A DNA stretch of 63,083 bases, filler included, from Platydemus manokwari (lineage: Eukaryota), in assembly GCA_037951405.1 (NCBI GenBank). It is 5 parts of 5 records of this genome, joined end to end, with 100 filler letters (N's around TTAATTAATTAA, not from the genome) between each part and the next. Parts side by side here need not be neighbours in the genome. Positions count along the whole stretch, not along the records: positions 1 to 10,055 come from JBBMOY011173878.1; positions 10,156 to 20,809 come from JBBMOY011116774.1; 3 more parts are not named here. One strand, 5' to 3'. This document shows, piece after piece, positions 1 through 14,225 of this stretch. Made by a program: the position numbers and the translations under genes. Under the pieces are notes generated by a model. It saw only the letters and a list, made by a program, of their open reading frames with translations. It did not search any database and was not told where the DNA came from. Numbering within the stretch: position 1 is the first letter of the stretch; the number at the start of each line of letters is the position of its first letter.

Positions 1-944
1 AAATTCGATTCATTGTGTTATTTTATAAAATTTACATTTTCATTAATAATTTTAAATGCAATTAATGAAACGGTTGTATTAGTTTTTTAAATTCATTTTC
101 TAAAGATAAAAAGGTAGTAATTGCAATTATAATTGTAATGATAATGTGGGCTTGCTGATAGTGCAGTAAATAAATAAAACGAAATATTTGTGCCCTTTAC
201 TTTTTAGTGCACTTATTTTTTAGCTCATAACTGCTGATCTCTTCGCTCCAAATATTTTGTCATCGTCCGCGTGAGTATGATTTGTTGATTTCAAATGAAA
301 ATCAGTTACAGCTCACAAATATTTTACGCAATTTCTATGAAAATAACTGCTTCTCGGTTTTAGTTACGTGGCAGAAGACGTAGTTATCGTGCTATATCTT
401 GATGATCTTGTAATCCATTAGCACAATTACACGTGTATTACAATTTTTAAAAAATCAGTGAATTTTTTAGATAAAGTCAGATCATTAGTTGTAGATATTT
501 TTATTATAATTATTATAATGATTATTATTGTAAGTACTTTTGAACAATGTTTAAGATTTATCACGACTCTAGAGTTTTAATAACCCAAGGATTCCAATTA
601 ACGTTAATTTATTATGTTTATTCGCCTTTATCACTTTTAATTTATGTATGAGGACGAGATGGGAAGCTCTATAAATTGGATTAATTAATTTATACCTATT
701 TATCAAATGTTTAATCTTTAAGTATTTCAACTGCTCCTTACCAAAAGGTAATGAAATGATTCTGAAGGTGATAGTGTTAACTAAAATGATAGGAAATCTT
801 ATGTCGTGATAATATATTATTATTATTTTATGAAAAATTTTATTATAGGGAAAATTTTCAATAGGTTTTTCAAACATTGTTATGTTATATTATTTTGATA
901 AATATTATAAATATTAAACAAACTTGTTTAACTATATTTTTAAG

Positions 945-1130
945 TTCTGGCTTTATTGATTTTATTGTTTTACTAAGCATAATTTTATTTGATATCACCA
1001 TTGTCTTAATGAGTCTCTATGACCTCTTGAACAACGGATGTAAAGTGCCTTATTTTGTTGACCCTTCACCTCGCACAGCCTTACCATATGAAAATACAAG
1101 GTGTGGTAATAGCGATATATCTTAATTATC
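945..1130. repeat. Dispersed repeat family D (probable retroelement internal fragment)
   Basis: caccattgtcttaatgagtctctatgacctcttg matches the reverse complement of ~35330-35510 (caagagctcatagagactgattaagacaatggtg) and ~46950-47110 (cactgtagtcttgatcagtctcaaagagttctgg). Here and at ~47 kb it lies just upstream of family A. Confidence 0.7.
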
Positions 1131-1229
1131 TTAATTACCAGTCTCAAATTATATAACCTATTTAAATTATTGACTATGCTGATATAGTTAATTGATATAT
1201 AATGAACAATTATTTTGATTCACATTTAA

Positions 1230-2045
1230 TAAATAACTAAGATTTGTTTCTACAAATGTTTATTAATGATTGACACCAATACAAATTGATTAACAGATAA
1301 TAAAATAAAAATTACAAATGTATTTTAATATCGTTTACTATACATCAACTCATAGCGGATCAAGGCAACTCCTGGATAAAGAACGGTAAACCTACTCCTA
1401 CCCGTGGAGCAGAACCAAATACCTTTCGAGATGTTTGAGTAAAAACTCGATAATGAAAGATAAACGATAAAATATATAATATAGATTATTTTACACGAAT
1501 GGATCTTCCTGTGGGGTCTTCCAGTAAAATTCTGGGCATATGAGAGTCCTGTTCTTCTGCATTAACTGGCCAACTACTATGCGTTGATTGAATGTAAAAT
1601 AATGTCTTCTCATGTATATAACAATCTATTGTCGTGTAACTGCGACTTCAGTAATGTAAAAATAGTGGAATTATTGCGGTGTTAATTGTGACTGCTGCAT
1701 TATATACGCAGTGTTGAATCACTGGCAGATATTTTCTGCGATTCAATTATGGCAGTAAATTCATTATTTTCTTATTGGAATTAATTTATAGGAGAGAAAT
1801 TTTCTCCGTACGATAATATATGGAAATTTATTTGTCGATGTTATTGCGCGATAATATATTGTGCATTGTTATTTTATAAATTAATTTATTATTTAACGAA
1901 TTTCAATGGATTTGTTCTAGGTGGATTTTACTAATATTATTATTTTACATATATATAAATAATTATTATTATAAATACCAATATACTATAATATTTTAAG
2001 CTGGTTTTCACGCAAAAGTTTTTAAGAGTTGCTAAAATATAAAAA
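1230..2045. repeat. Dispersed repeat family A copy (LTR-like, ~0.8 kb)
   Basis: Shared blocks (ctggataaag, ctcgataa, gtgtaactgcg, ttaattgtgactgctgc, aatttatttgtc, ataattattataaata) recur at ~27500-28035, ~29750-30465, ~33925-34455 (reverse) and ~47190-47500. Boundaries are approximate. Confidence 0.75.
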
Positions 2046-2779
2046 ATACATGTACATATTGCCATATGCTGTTATAGAAATTTATACAATGTTACACATA
2101 GTTTTTCAGTGTGAATTAATTGTCGGGTGAAAACCCCAATAATATTTTTTCAGATCTAATTTATATTGAATTTATATTAACCCCAGAACTTCTCTAATTT
2201 ACATTAAAATATTCAATAATATTTCATGCAAAATTTTTTTATATGCCTAATAATACGCACATTGATGTACAACTATTATCATGTTATTGATATTTTTCAT
2301 ATTATTAATAGCCAAAGTCCCAACGAAAGGCGTACTTTGTTCCTCAACAGAAGCAAATACTCCTCACTTGTCGTCTTCTTGGAGCAATTTTAAAAATAAA
2401 TGTTAGTCTTTCTGCCAACTTCATTTATTACGATGTTTAAAAATTTCCTCACCAATACGTGGGATTAAATGTTTCACAATAAGTGTCGAACTTTGCGGTT
2501 TTTAGTTCGATTTCTGTTCTACGAACAATATTTTTAAATAAAATGTTGTAAAATATAATGTGGTGAAATTTTTTTGGAAGGCAATCAATTTGAAAATTTT
2601 TATATTGTACTGCTAAATTAACTTCAGTTTATACTGACAATTTTAATAATAACCTAATATATTGTAACAATTAAGCCCATACTATATTCTAGTATCTAGT
2701 CTAATGTAATATATCATGAAGCTTAAAAATAGTTTTGAACTTTAAATGTGATATATTGATCTTATTTCCATTAAACTAG

Positions 2780-3130
2780 AAGCTTAACTTGTGTTACCAT
2801 TTTGAACTTTCTTTTGAGTGATTGTCTTTATCGACATAATCAAATGCTACCTTTCCCTAATTTTTTCTGAGAAATCATTAGGTACACTTACCACTGATCT
2901 TCATTTTTGAATTCCGTATTTCATGTCCCACAGAAATATAATAAGATTGCTTAAAGAATTTAGTAAAATAGTAACTAACTTGGTTTTATACCTCATGATA
3001 AGGATCATTCTTCCCCGTACATATTATAATGCATTCATTTATTTCTTTAGAAATATGTTTGGATTCAACAATTACTATAACACATCAACCCTTCCAATTA
3101 ATAGACGATTTTTCTGCATAAGATCTTAAC
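2780..3130 (-). mobile_element. Possible piggyBac transposase relic
   Basis: Minus-strand fragments YFTK and YFCGT* resemble the piggyBac DNxF(T/S) and YxCGTxR motifs; TTAACCC occurs at 3351. Highly decayed. Confidence 0.25.
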
Positions 3131-4682
3131 TTTAATTTTCTCTATTAATCATGATTCAAAGACTAAACATTAGTGTCAACTATTTAAATTCGACTATTTT
3201 ATGTACAACAAATAAAATTAACTTATTCTCCTTTAGATTTTTATTTCTAATTGCACAACAAATGAAGAAAGACTAGCTAGAGAGCAGTGAACCTATCAAA
3301 TCGTTATAGAAAGTTTAAAATATTTAAAAATAATTTATATTATTTTACTATTAACCCTAGATTCGCATTTTGTCTTTAATCAAATTATTCCACGAAAGTT
3401 GATTCTAGGCATAAGTTATCATTTACTGCTCTCAACAGTCGTTTCTAGGAAGTCATTTTGTATTATACTCAAATGTTATTAAGAATTTCTCTTGGTTTTA
3501 TCAACCATTCTGAATTAATTAACTTTATTTATATAATAATCTTATGTTAAAAACTCAATGTTGGTTATTAAAATAATTAAAAATTCGTTCCAATTTTTGT
3601 TAATTGAATCTCCTTTTTGCACTAACATTTTATAATATTTTAAATTCTGAAAAATAATTCCACCAAATTTCTTTTAAAATTACAAATTTTTATTTAAAAT
3701 ATAAAATTATTTTAATTTATAAAACTAATTTTGCTTCGATATTTAACCTTCAAATTTATTCAATAGTCAAATAACCTTTTTAATTCTTTTAATTTATCAA
3801 TTGGTAAAGTTAATAAATTATAATATTTTAACTTTTTAGGTAAATTATTCTAGACCTTGAATTAATACAGTCAGTATATATTATTATAATTTACATTTGA
3901 TCACATTAATTTTTAGAGTATAATAATTCATATCAACAATTCACGTAATGAACCAGAATGCCAAACTTAGAATCACTGAATTGGAGAAGATGGTTCTGTA
4001 ATTCAGAGATTGACTAGAGTTGACAGTAAGAGTTTGTTAAGGTTTTCCAAAATTTAGATTTGTGAGTTTATGGGCATTTAATGTGTTTTCGGGACTATCA
4101 AGAACTGCTGGTGTGTGGGTGGATTAAATGTTTTTACACTTGTTGGTTTTGTTTTTGTTAAATAAATTATTAACTTTCCGGCTTGTTTTATATAACTCTA
4201 GACCATTGAAATTCTGGTGGTCGGCCAATATCCACCTGATTCATTAAATCAGATTGAAGTTCAACGTTTCTTTAAATAGGATATTCTATAGAATATATAG
4301 TTTCTTGGGGTTTTGAAACGCTTTACTGATGATGTTTTTCATACTTTTTTTGTTCAGGTAATGCTTTAAAATAATGCTTTAGAAACAAAATGGACATGAT
4401 TCTTTTATAAATAAAATTAAAGTTATTAAGCCACCGTCCATATGAAATTGTTAGTACAACAATGATTATAAGGAACTGCAAAAAAATTCAATCATAAATA
4501 AAGAGAATAAATCTTGCTTCTTTATCTATGTGTTGTATGTATATAATTTTCTCAAATCCCTTCATTTGCTAATGTCTCACTGATTGCTGCTTCTGTAATC
4601 ATAATTGAATAGGGTTGATCAGAAAATGTTGATAAGTTTGAATACTGTTATTAATAAAGAATTTTTATTCAAACATACAAAG

Positions 4683-4986
4683 CAGTGTTCTTCAAAAGGA
4701 GGGGGAGAGAAATTTCATTTTCGACACTGACTTATTAAGACAAAAGATTTTACAGATCTGGAATTAGTACTGAGATCGGCCATCACCGAAATAGATCCAA
4801 GATTTGATGTTTTATGTCAGAATATTTAAAGTCGTTGTTATACAAAGATTTATTTATACAACATTTTAATGAAAAACTTTTTTATTAAAAAAATTTACTT
4901 TATTATTTTTATTTTGGTACTCATGGGTCGCGAGAAAATTTGGACTCAGAAAGTGGGTCACAACACAAAAGGTGTGAAGACCACTG
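4683..4986. mobile_element. hAT (Charlie/Buster-like) non-autonomous element, ~304 bp
   Basis: Termini CAGTGTTCTTCA...TGAAGACCACTG are inverted repeats; the 8-bp flanks atacaaag and ttataaag match 6/8 (diverged TSD); a subterminal gggtcgcg motif is present. Confidence 0.7.
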
Positions 4987-6599
4987 TTATAAAGAATAGA
5001 TAGATCATTGATAAATAAATCACTAAAAATGTTTATTGTTGGAAGATTGCATGGTACACAGTTCAATGAAAATCGGTGAAATTTCACAATTTTAATAGCA
5101 AAAATTAATATTCTAAGCTTTGTGTTGCAGTCATATTTTTAAAAATTTATTGAGCAAACTAAACCCCTATATTCTTTCTAAATGAAATCGTTAGTTGACA
5201 TTTAAATGCTCAATTATTGAATAATGGGTACAAGATTTGACAGTTTCAATGATTTCTTAAATTTCAAATAAAAGAAAGATTAGATAGTTTTTGTAAAACA
5301 AGCTACCACTATGTCCATTATTTAGAAATTCAGAATGCTTTGAAATACTTAAATTCATTTTGAAGTTATAAAATTATGCTTGAAACCATTATCGAGCCTC
5401 AAAATTCGGAAACCAACGCATTAACTTAGAAATACGAGCTTATTTAAACTAAACTATTTCAATTTTCTAATATAATTGTATCTTGATTAAAGACTTCGTT
5501 AACGTAAAATGAAAGTTTATTTAAAATTTAAAATGAATTAATAAATGCTTTCGAAAATCTTCTTTCAGTTACGCTATGTAAATGAAAGAAAATTTAGAAT
5601 CTTAAAAATTCATTTTAAATGTGAGATTATCTACTTACAATAGAAAGTATATTATTCCCAGTAATATAATCTTGTGAAATTAAAAATTCTTATAATTTTA
5701 AAATTCGAATTTTTAATTTTATTTAACTCTGTATTTCAAATTTATCAATATGAAAATAAGAATTTTAAATTTCAGAAAATTATTTGATTATTCAGTATTT
5801 GGCTCAATGAAACATATTTATTTATTAATATGTTATGAAGAATATTTACAAGGATACAAAATTGTTATGAATTATTACCAAAATTTCATCTTTATGTTTC
5901 TTTTATTTGAAATAAAATCGTGCAATACATATAAAATGGCATGGGTAGCATTTTAAACAATTTATCCAGCGGCAAAACGTATGTATATTAATAATTTTCA
6001 AAATTGAATTGCTAAAGATCTCTTCCGATTAACTACCTGAATAATTTTAATTGAAATCATTTATGAGTGAACATTATTATCCTCATGATCTGTCATTTAA
6101 TTGTCATCGATTTAATGCTTAAAGAGGCAATTAGCAATATATGGTGTATCGACAATTCAGTTATATCGTGATATTTTTCTGTAATTAACGTATTATTATT
6201 CATTCTTTTGGTTGTGCCATAATTTTTCCGAAACTCTGCCCTCGTTATCAATCAAATTACTTAATTGAAACAATGATGTACTTCATAAAATATCAAAACT
6301 CTCGATTTTCGTAATTGTCTTTATGCTTGCGATAAATATTTGATATTATCATAGTCTTTTGAAAATCATTAATATTTTTTATAATCTTCATTGGATCAGT
6401 TTATTCAGTCTAATTATAAATTTAAGTTTTATATTATTGTATATAGTTAATTGGGAAAAGCGTATCTGAATTATGAAGAGCAATAGTGTATCTGGATTAA
6501 AACCTAAAATATAAATTATAATTTATAAAATAAATTTATTAAAAATCAAATAAAATATTATTAAATTCAGTAGAAAAAATATTATTAAAGAAAATACAA

Positions 6600-9290
6600 C
6601 TAAACTAATATATTGATGGTATTTTAAAATGGTATTTGTAAACACCTTAACAATAATAATGTCAATTACTGAATTAAGTTTTGAAATAACAAGAGTTCAA
6701 CAAAATGTTAATGAAAGATTCGCCAAATTCGGGTAAAAATAATTGGTAGATTATGTTATGAATTCAGGTTTGACGTGTGAAACAATCGTTAAAGATATTG
6801 TTTCTATGTGAGGGCGAAATATAGGACTCGATGCAACTTTTTTGACAGGGCCAGGTTTGAAATGTCCTTAATTCATTCCATTTCCAAGATCAATGAAAAT
6901 AGAGAAGTATCTCAACAAGTTTCGGCTTTTGCAAATATAAATGACTTACAGAGACCAACCCATTATCGAGTTACAGGGAATAATTTTTGTCAGAGGAATT
7001 TTGGAAGTAAAAGAGTTTTATAGAAAATTCGAAACAAAATGAAGGAGGAAATCACAAGCAAGAAGCCAGATTCAGGGACTCAAAACCAGTAGTAAAAGAC
7101 GATAACAATTTAGGATCAATGAAGCAGATTTCCGGGAAATTTTAGAATAAAAGATGCGGTATGTCAGAGGAGAAAGACAAAATTTTAAACCGGGGGATTA
7201 TTTTCATTGTGGCGAAAGGGACTATCCTAAATATCATCCTCAACTGGTAATTCCTAATGTATGGAAATGAGGGCATCCTTTCCATGATTATAACACGCTG
7301 TTCGGCCTTAATCAACTGCTGGAAAACCGAATTTCATGTATCTATGAAGAAACTCAAAGCCAATACGATGATGACGACGAACATTTAATGTGCATTAATA
7401 GATTATATAAAAATTGTTGCTTACATTTCCTCATTGGATCGGATCAATTAGAAGTGATAACAACAATAATCGAAATGTTCAGAGAAGTGACGTGATGTAC
7501 TGGAAGAATGATGAAAGAGAATGGAACGTTATGCTAGTTAATATTGTCAAATTAAAGACACTGTGAAACTCATTGCTTCCATTAGCGTCATAAATGAAGA
7601 CTTTTGTAAGAAAAAAGGTATAATGATGCTAAGTGGAGTATTTTCTACAAAAAAAGACTCATCAAGAAGTTGTGTCATAATGTCAGTTACTTGGAAGAAC
7701 AAAGAATTAAGTATAAACATTATCATCGTAAAACATATTTTTCTCTTCATTTATAGGAGGCATAGATATTCTGGGGAACCATTCGAGCCATACCCAAGCC
7801 ATTTAAGAACCAAATAATTATAAACAATAAGTGCAAAAAATTTTAAATTAAAATAGAAACAAAATTAAATTTTTAAAATAAAAATTTTCAAATTAAGTAT
7901 TTCATTAAATATTTCCATAAAAATTTTGAAATTTATTTTATCATATAAAAACTAAAATTGTTATGGCTATCGGACTCAACAGGGAGATATGCTAACTTTA
8001 ATTGTTGAAAATTCATAACCTTATCCGTCCAGGCCAATATCTGAAATATTTACAGAACTATATGGTTAGATATGGCTACAATCAATACTGCCCAGTAAGA
8101 ATACGATGTTAAGATTGAGACATATGCATGTAAGGTTTGCAAAGATAAAGCCAGCAAATCCGGTAAGAGAAAGCAAAGATTGGTAATTTGGGGACAATTA
8201 TGTGATTGATTAATTAGGGATGATAGTGATAATGATGGTGACAGTGAGAATTATGATGTGATTATTAGGGGTTAAATAGTTGTGTTGATGGCTTAGGATG
8301 GAGATGTAAAGATGCGATTGTTATTTACCTTGTTGTGTTAACACTGCGGATGTGACTCAAGTAAGTATTGTGGGCAGACCGGGTCACTTGTGCGATTAAT
8401 AAATTTGAAAGTTTATTTATAGTCATTTTATCGAAGCTTAAAAAATTGAAAGCCTTATTGTTTTGAGAGACCCAAGAACCAAAAATACCAAGATTTATGA
8501 GGTCAAATGAGAGTCGTGTCGATTCCCGCAGATATCGACAGTGAATTGTGTATATTTATCTCGGTTATTGGAAAGATTCGTCTGAAAATTTAATAAGCTT
8601 GGAAGTCTAAGTGATTTTTCTGGAAAGGATGAAAAGCACATTTTCAAGGCAATCGTTAATTCTTGGATTTATCATTTCGGGAAATCAAAAGACATTTTGT
8701 TACATTAGTGTAAACAGTAAGAAAATCAATTCATTGAAGAAGAATGTGCTTAATTCGAGGTTTGCCAGAATTTTAGCTTGCCTTCTCAGCATGAATCAAA
8801 CGGATTGAAAGAACAAATCATTTGTACAGTTAGAAACATGATCGACACCTACCTTAAGGTGGCATGTAGTGAGCGAAACTATTTTGAACTCTTATCAAGA
8901 ACTGAATTTTAATCAACACTATTCAGTAAGATTCGATGAATTTCTGTCCTTTTGAAGTCGCTTTTGTACTTGAGATCAATCTTCACTCTGAAAGTGACTA
9001 CAAAAATGTACGGAAGTGCATAACGAGAGAAATGGTACTCACAATTTCTGGATGATTGGGTTCAAATATGTATCCAAATGATATCTTAAAAAGAGAACAC
9101 AGAGAATTCAAAGTTTGGGAGAAAACATTAGTTCGAATAGGCCCCAACAGAATATTTGCATGTGGTTATCAGTATGAAGGCCCTACGGAATTATATGTTT
9201 CAGCTCAGAACGTCAAGTGGATATTCAATTTAAAAATGCGATCAAGCTCAAACGAAACAAAGAAGTGATCTGGACATTAAGTGAAGGATA
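6600..9290 (+). mobile_element. Degenerate Ty3/gypsy LTR retrotransposon internal region
   Basis: Motif remnants occur in the correct order: zinc knuckle FHCGE (~7200); retropepsin ASISVINEDFCKKKG and GGIDILG (7563-7780); RT PYPSRPISEIFTELYG and GYNQ (~8020-8085); KSTF...LGFIISGN (~8630); C-terminal YEGP (~9175). Many stops and frameshifts. Confidence 0.65.
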
Positions 9291-9978
9291 ACTTGTTTAA
9301 TAATGTTTTTAAAATAAATATTTATTTTGACATTTACTACGACAGTTACAATAATGTTTGATTACAAGAATGTTTTTGGTAAAAATTACAGTAAAATTTT
9401 TATTTAAATTTTATTATGTTTACTATTAATAACTTTAATTTATACAAAAATAAAATAAAATTCAAAACAATCATGTAATAAAAAATTCATGAGCAATAGA
9501 ACGTTTTATAGTAAAATATTCATCATTACTTCAGATTTTTTAATATTTCAGAATTCCCAAACTTACCGAAAGATCTAATTTAACGAATGGATTCAAAAAT
9601 TTCAAACCAGCTTCTGTAAAACTTACTCAAATAAGATAATATTTAATTCAATGGGCAATTCTATTTTTAGAAATTTTATAACAAAGGTATGTCAATTTGT
9701 TTGTTTTGGAAAATATATAAACAATAAAAAATATAATGCTTAATTTATATAAAAATATCGGTTTTTATATCTAATTTATTTTCATATTTGTACATTTGCT
9801 GTCTTTGCTTCAGATGGATTTACAATATATTAATAATCTTTTAATTCCATGTTCATTTCTGTAATTTCTTGAATGTAAATACATAAATTAAAAGGTAAAA
9901 GCATTTTCTATGTTTCTTCTCTTTTAAGTTTAGTTATATTAGCTAAATATAAGTAACAGAAAATAAAAATATACTTGT

Positions 9979-10017
9979 TACCAGGTGTGTCGGTAATTCC
10001 TTTCCGGTTTTTTCGCT
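9979..10017. mobile_element. Possible mariner-like terminal inverted repeat at the contig end
   Basis: TA-CCAGGTGTGTCGGTAATTCCTTTCCGGTTTT resembles mariner TIRs; no partner end is seen. Confidence 0.3.
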
Positions 10018-10055
10018 AAACAAAAAAAACAAAACACAAACAAAACAAAATTTAT

Positions 10056-10155
10056 NNNNNNNNNNNNNNNNNNNNNNNNNNNNNNNNNNNNNNNNNNNNT
10101 TAATTAATTAANNNNNNNNNNNNNNNNNNNNNNNNNNNNNNNNNNNNNNNNNNNN
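10056..10155. other. Artificial contig spacer (44N-TTAATTAATTAA-44N)
   Basis: Exactly 100 bp with a six-frame-stop linker; identical to the three other spacers. Confidence 0.97.
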
Positions 10156-11704
10156 AGTTGCTAAAATAAATTTATTTTTATTTAATATCATTATTAAAAT
10201 ATAATTATATGCAAAAAACACATTACAAAAATATTTAAACAATTTATTTTGTTTCTTTTAACTCAAAATTTTAAACATTAAATAAATATTAAATTAAGAA
10301 ATCATTGATAAATATTTATTTTTGATGTGAAAATATCAAGCCACTGGCAAAGATGTTGCAGCATAATGTTAAAAGAAACCAATATTTATTATTTATTAGT
10401 GCTTCCGAATAATGAAAATTAAGAAATTATAGACTTGTAAAGCAATCGTAAAAGCTAGTTATCAAATATTTTGTCTTTTGCAGTTAGATTAATAAGTAAC
10501 AAGTATTATTGTCCTCCACCCCAAGGGACTGGATTTGTAACTTGAAACTGGTTTTTTTATAATTCCAAAAGATTAACAAAGATATCCAAAGATTTAATTA
10601 GAAGTTTATTTTTAAAAGAACCACACTGGCTGCTAGAATAGACATTAACTCGGTCTTTGCGCGGGATAATATATCTCTACACTTATCATAATATACATTC
10701 CAGAGTTGGGTAATTTCTTTGGTTAGTATTAAACAAAGAACAGATGGTACACGAAAGTTAATAAGTAGAATTAATAAATAAATAGAAAACGAATCAATTA
10801 AACAACACAGGAAAATAAAATTGTATCGATTGATATCCGAAAATAAAAATTATGTGTGCTAACATTCCCATGAATTATTTAGTAAAATGTTTACGCGAGA
10901 CATGCAAATTAACCAACAATGATTCAAATTTTCTGTTTAAGGTTTGATTTTAATATCATCAATAAGGGATATCAAAAACAGATTCAAATCGAAATTGAAA
11001 GAAATTCAAAGAGAAAGAAAAACAAAATAAAAAATTGTTGTCTATGTTTGATTGGTCAAAGTTATAAATTTCAGCATGTTACGGTCAACTAAACCTCTTT
11101 GAATTGTTTATATGATATCGTCAATAGAATGTAATTAAGCGTTCAGTTCTTTCTAATAATCAATATTGAAGAGAGTGTGAATTGATTTGTTTAATACCGA
11201 AAAACAATCCAAATAAAAAATTCGAAAATAACAATATTAATTCAATGTTTTACCTAAATCTTCAAATCCGGAAATAAAAAATCAATAGTATTTATAAAAT
11301 ATTAAAAGTAATGTGCATTATATAAACAAGAAAATGTAAATAAATAATAAAATGTAAATAATAATAAAAATTATAAAACAAATAAGAAGAAATGTACATA
11401 AAATAGAGAAAAATTAATAATTTCAAATTTATATTGAATAGCAGTACCAATTCCACTTTTTGAAAGCTATGTAACAATCAAAATTTTATTTTACGTGAAA
11501 ATCTTTTCTTTGATTCTGATTGGTCGAAGTTTAAATTCTTAACCGCGTCCTATACAATGAAATAAAAAATATTTTATCATTTTATTGCGTGATAGCAAAT
11601 GTTGATTTATAGATTTTTGTATTTGATTTCGGAATTATATGCTCGAAATGGTATGATTTTCATTAAGTATAAAATTATTAAATTTTATCGATTAAGTTAT
11701 ACTT

Positions 11705-12537
11705 TTATCGAGAAATAGACCAACATTAGCATCGACGCAATAACGGAATTATACTTCAAGAAAAGCTGTTGATGGTAAATACGATGGAAAAATGAGAAAT
11801 GGTATTGATTTAGTAATTATTTCAATCATATTTGTTATTATTACAGGCTATTGTTATCACAGTTCGGATAAAAATTACACCAATGGTGGATGGTGATTCT
11901 GGATGCTCTTTCAGTAATCACAAAAGTTGACATTTACAATAGAATGGATTTGGCCAGTTTGTTATATTTGCTTTGAAAATATGCCAATTAATAAAATGTA
12001 GCTTATCGAATTGAAAAACTGTCATTCTTTGGTAGTCATAACAACATGTTTAGATTTTCAAAAAACATGGCTAATGTTTACAATATAAGTTATTTCAAAG
12101 GTCCTGTATCTAAAAGAGTCAAGATAACTAGAATCAATTTCACCAGATTTGTATTGATATCATTTTTATTACAGTCTCATAAATATGTTTTAAATTTCGC
12201 GAACATTTATCATATGGAAACCGATCAATGAGGAATCGATAAATATTTGTGAAGTTGAAATTTTGGGTCACAGATTTGTGAAATCGAATCAAATGATTTG
12301 TATTGATTTATTCTAACTTGGAATGCATTTAAAAATGATTAAGATAATAAGTACGAGTCAATGCCATATGCAAATGGAACTCATTTCTTGGATCAATATG
12401 TGGATTTGGAAGTCGACTGCGGATCGATTTGTTTGAATTGTGAAAAATGTGTTTCATTTACAATGGAACCAGATATGAACTGCTTGTTATATGATCGCGG
12501 CGGTGGAAAATTCTTTGCAAGCAGTACAATTTATTAA
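11705..12537 (+). pseudogene. F-type lectin (fucolectin) + C-terminal PAN/apple domain gene, disrupted
   Basis: Spliced translation (45-nt introns 11802-11846 and 11957-12001): LSRNRPTLASTQ*RNYTSRKAVDG...GYCYH...WWMVILD..ITKVDIYNRMDLATYRI...INICEVEILG, then DCGSICLNCEKCVSFTMEPDMNCLLY. There is an in-frame TAA at 11741 and a frameshift near 11880. The 5' start is unresolved. Confidence 0.75.
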
Positions 12538-13792
12538 GAATAATTTGAAATGATTTCACAAGTTCATTGATGCACATAAATCGATAACCAAATCTAATTT
12601 ACTATTTGTGTTTATTTTATATCTTAATTAATAGCTATAATCAGTGTTTTATTTTTCGCTTTTGTAGATGTGTGCTCGAATAACTTCATTTCACGTGTGA
12701 TTTATTTTATTATTTTCATTATTTTTATTAACTAATTTATCAATTTAATTTGTAAGATTATTTCCTCTGTTTGAAAAATTTAATTTCATTAATTTCATAT
12801 AAAATTATCTCAAATAAAATTTTATTCCAGTTTTAATTGCTATTTATATTATTCACCCTAAAACAACATTTTGATTATTTAACGAAATCACTGGCATTTC
12901 ATGATAAGATTTTAACTAAATTATATTTAAATTATAGTTATTAATAATATCGTAATGATTTACAACCAATACTGCTTTACATAATCTAGCTTTCACGTTA
13001 TTGAATCTAATGAGCACAAATTTGAAACCATAAAATAAGATATGAAGTTTATGATTGAAGAAATTATTCATCAGATGGATTAATTGTCTTTTTTCTAAAT
13101 TTTGGAAAACCTTTTGAATGATGATCATTTTAAAAAAAATTTTCAAGTTGTTTCGACATATGAATATTAAAATATTTATAAGAGATGTTTAAACATTTGT
13201 GGTAACCATGCTGAGTGATACAGAAAATTTGTGTCTCCTGTTTCATCTTATCTGATATTTCTCGTTTTTGTGTTTAAAATGAAGCAGGTAATTTTTCTAT
13301 AAAATATTTTGTCTGCTTATCTTTAAGCAATCAAAAATATTATTCTCCTTAATAACATTTATTTCACTCGATAATAATTTATATTATTAATGAAATGTTC
13401 AGCGATGGTCCCAATGAAGAATTGATTTCAATATGTGATGAATTAACTCAATGAGATATATCTAAAATGTCTCGGTTTTGTCATCGAAATGAAGTTTTTA
13501 TTTAATCGATATAATTGAATATGATGGCGCGATGAAAGTGTTAAATATTATTTATAAATTCCTTGAAAGTAATACATGACTGATTATTTATAAATATATT
13601 TTTGAATGAGATGAACTTGATCTTTTTCCTCTCCACTTTATTTATCAGAGATGCTAAAGAGATCAAATAAAACAATTTCTGAAAAGAAAGTACTTCATTA
13701 CTAGTAATATAAAGTATGCTAAGATCATTCAATTCAAAGTTAAATTTTTTAATATCAAATAAGGATGGCTTTATTGTTGTATTTAGAATATA

Positions 13793-14103
13793 CTGTAAAA
13801 TCATGAGTATAAGCTGCATCTAATACGTACATAACGGCAACATTTTTGAATTGCAGCTAATACAACTAAAAAACAATTCAAATCGAAGATAAGATTATTT
13901 ATTTCAATTTTCAACATCACACTTCTGGTTATTGTCACGTTGAAATTTGTTTTTAATGATAGATTGCTGATTTTAAAATCATGTGTTTTTAACGCAAATG
14001 GTGCAGCTAAACGTGCTGTAGTTTATACGACTATAAAATACATTTTTATAAAAATGTCATCTGCAGCTAATACGCGCTGAAGCTTATACTCGGGATTTTA
14101 CAG
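13793..14103. mobile_element. pogo/Tigger/Tc2-like MITE, ~311 bp
   Basis: TIRs CTGTAAAATCATGAGTATAAGCT and AGCTTATACTCGGGATTTTACAG are flanked by TA on both sides; internal GCAGCTAA(T)AC subrepeats are present. Confidence 0.8.
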
Positions 14104-14105
14104 TA

Positions 14106-14225
14106 GTAATAATAATTAATAATAATAACAATAATCATGATCATAATAATAATAATGGTATTAATAATAATAGTAATAATAATTAATAATATTAACTATA
14201 ATTTATGATAATAATAATAATAATA
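14106..14225. repeat. Imperfect (AAT)n microsatellite
   Basis: Run of aat/taa units. Confidence 0.85.
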
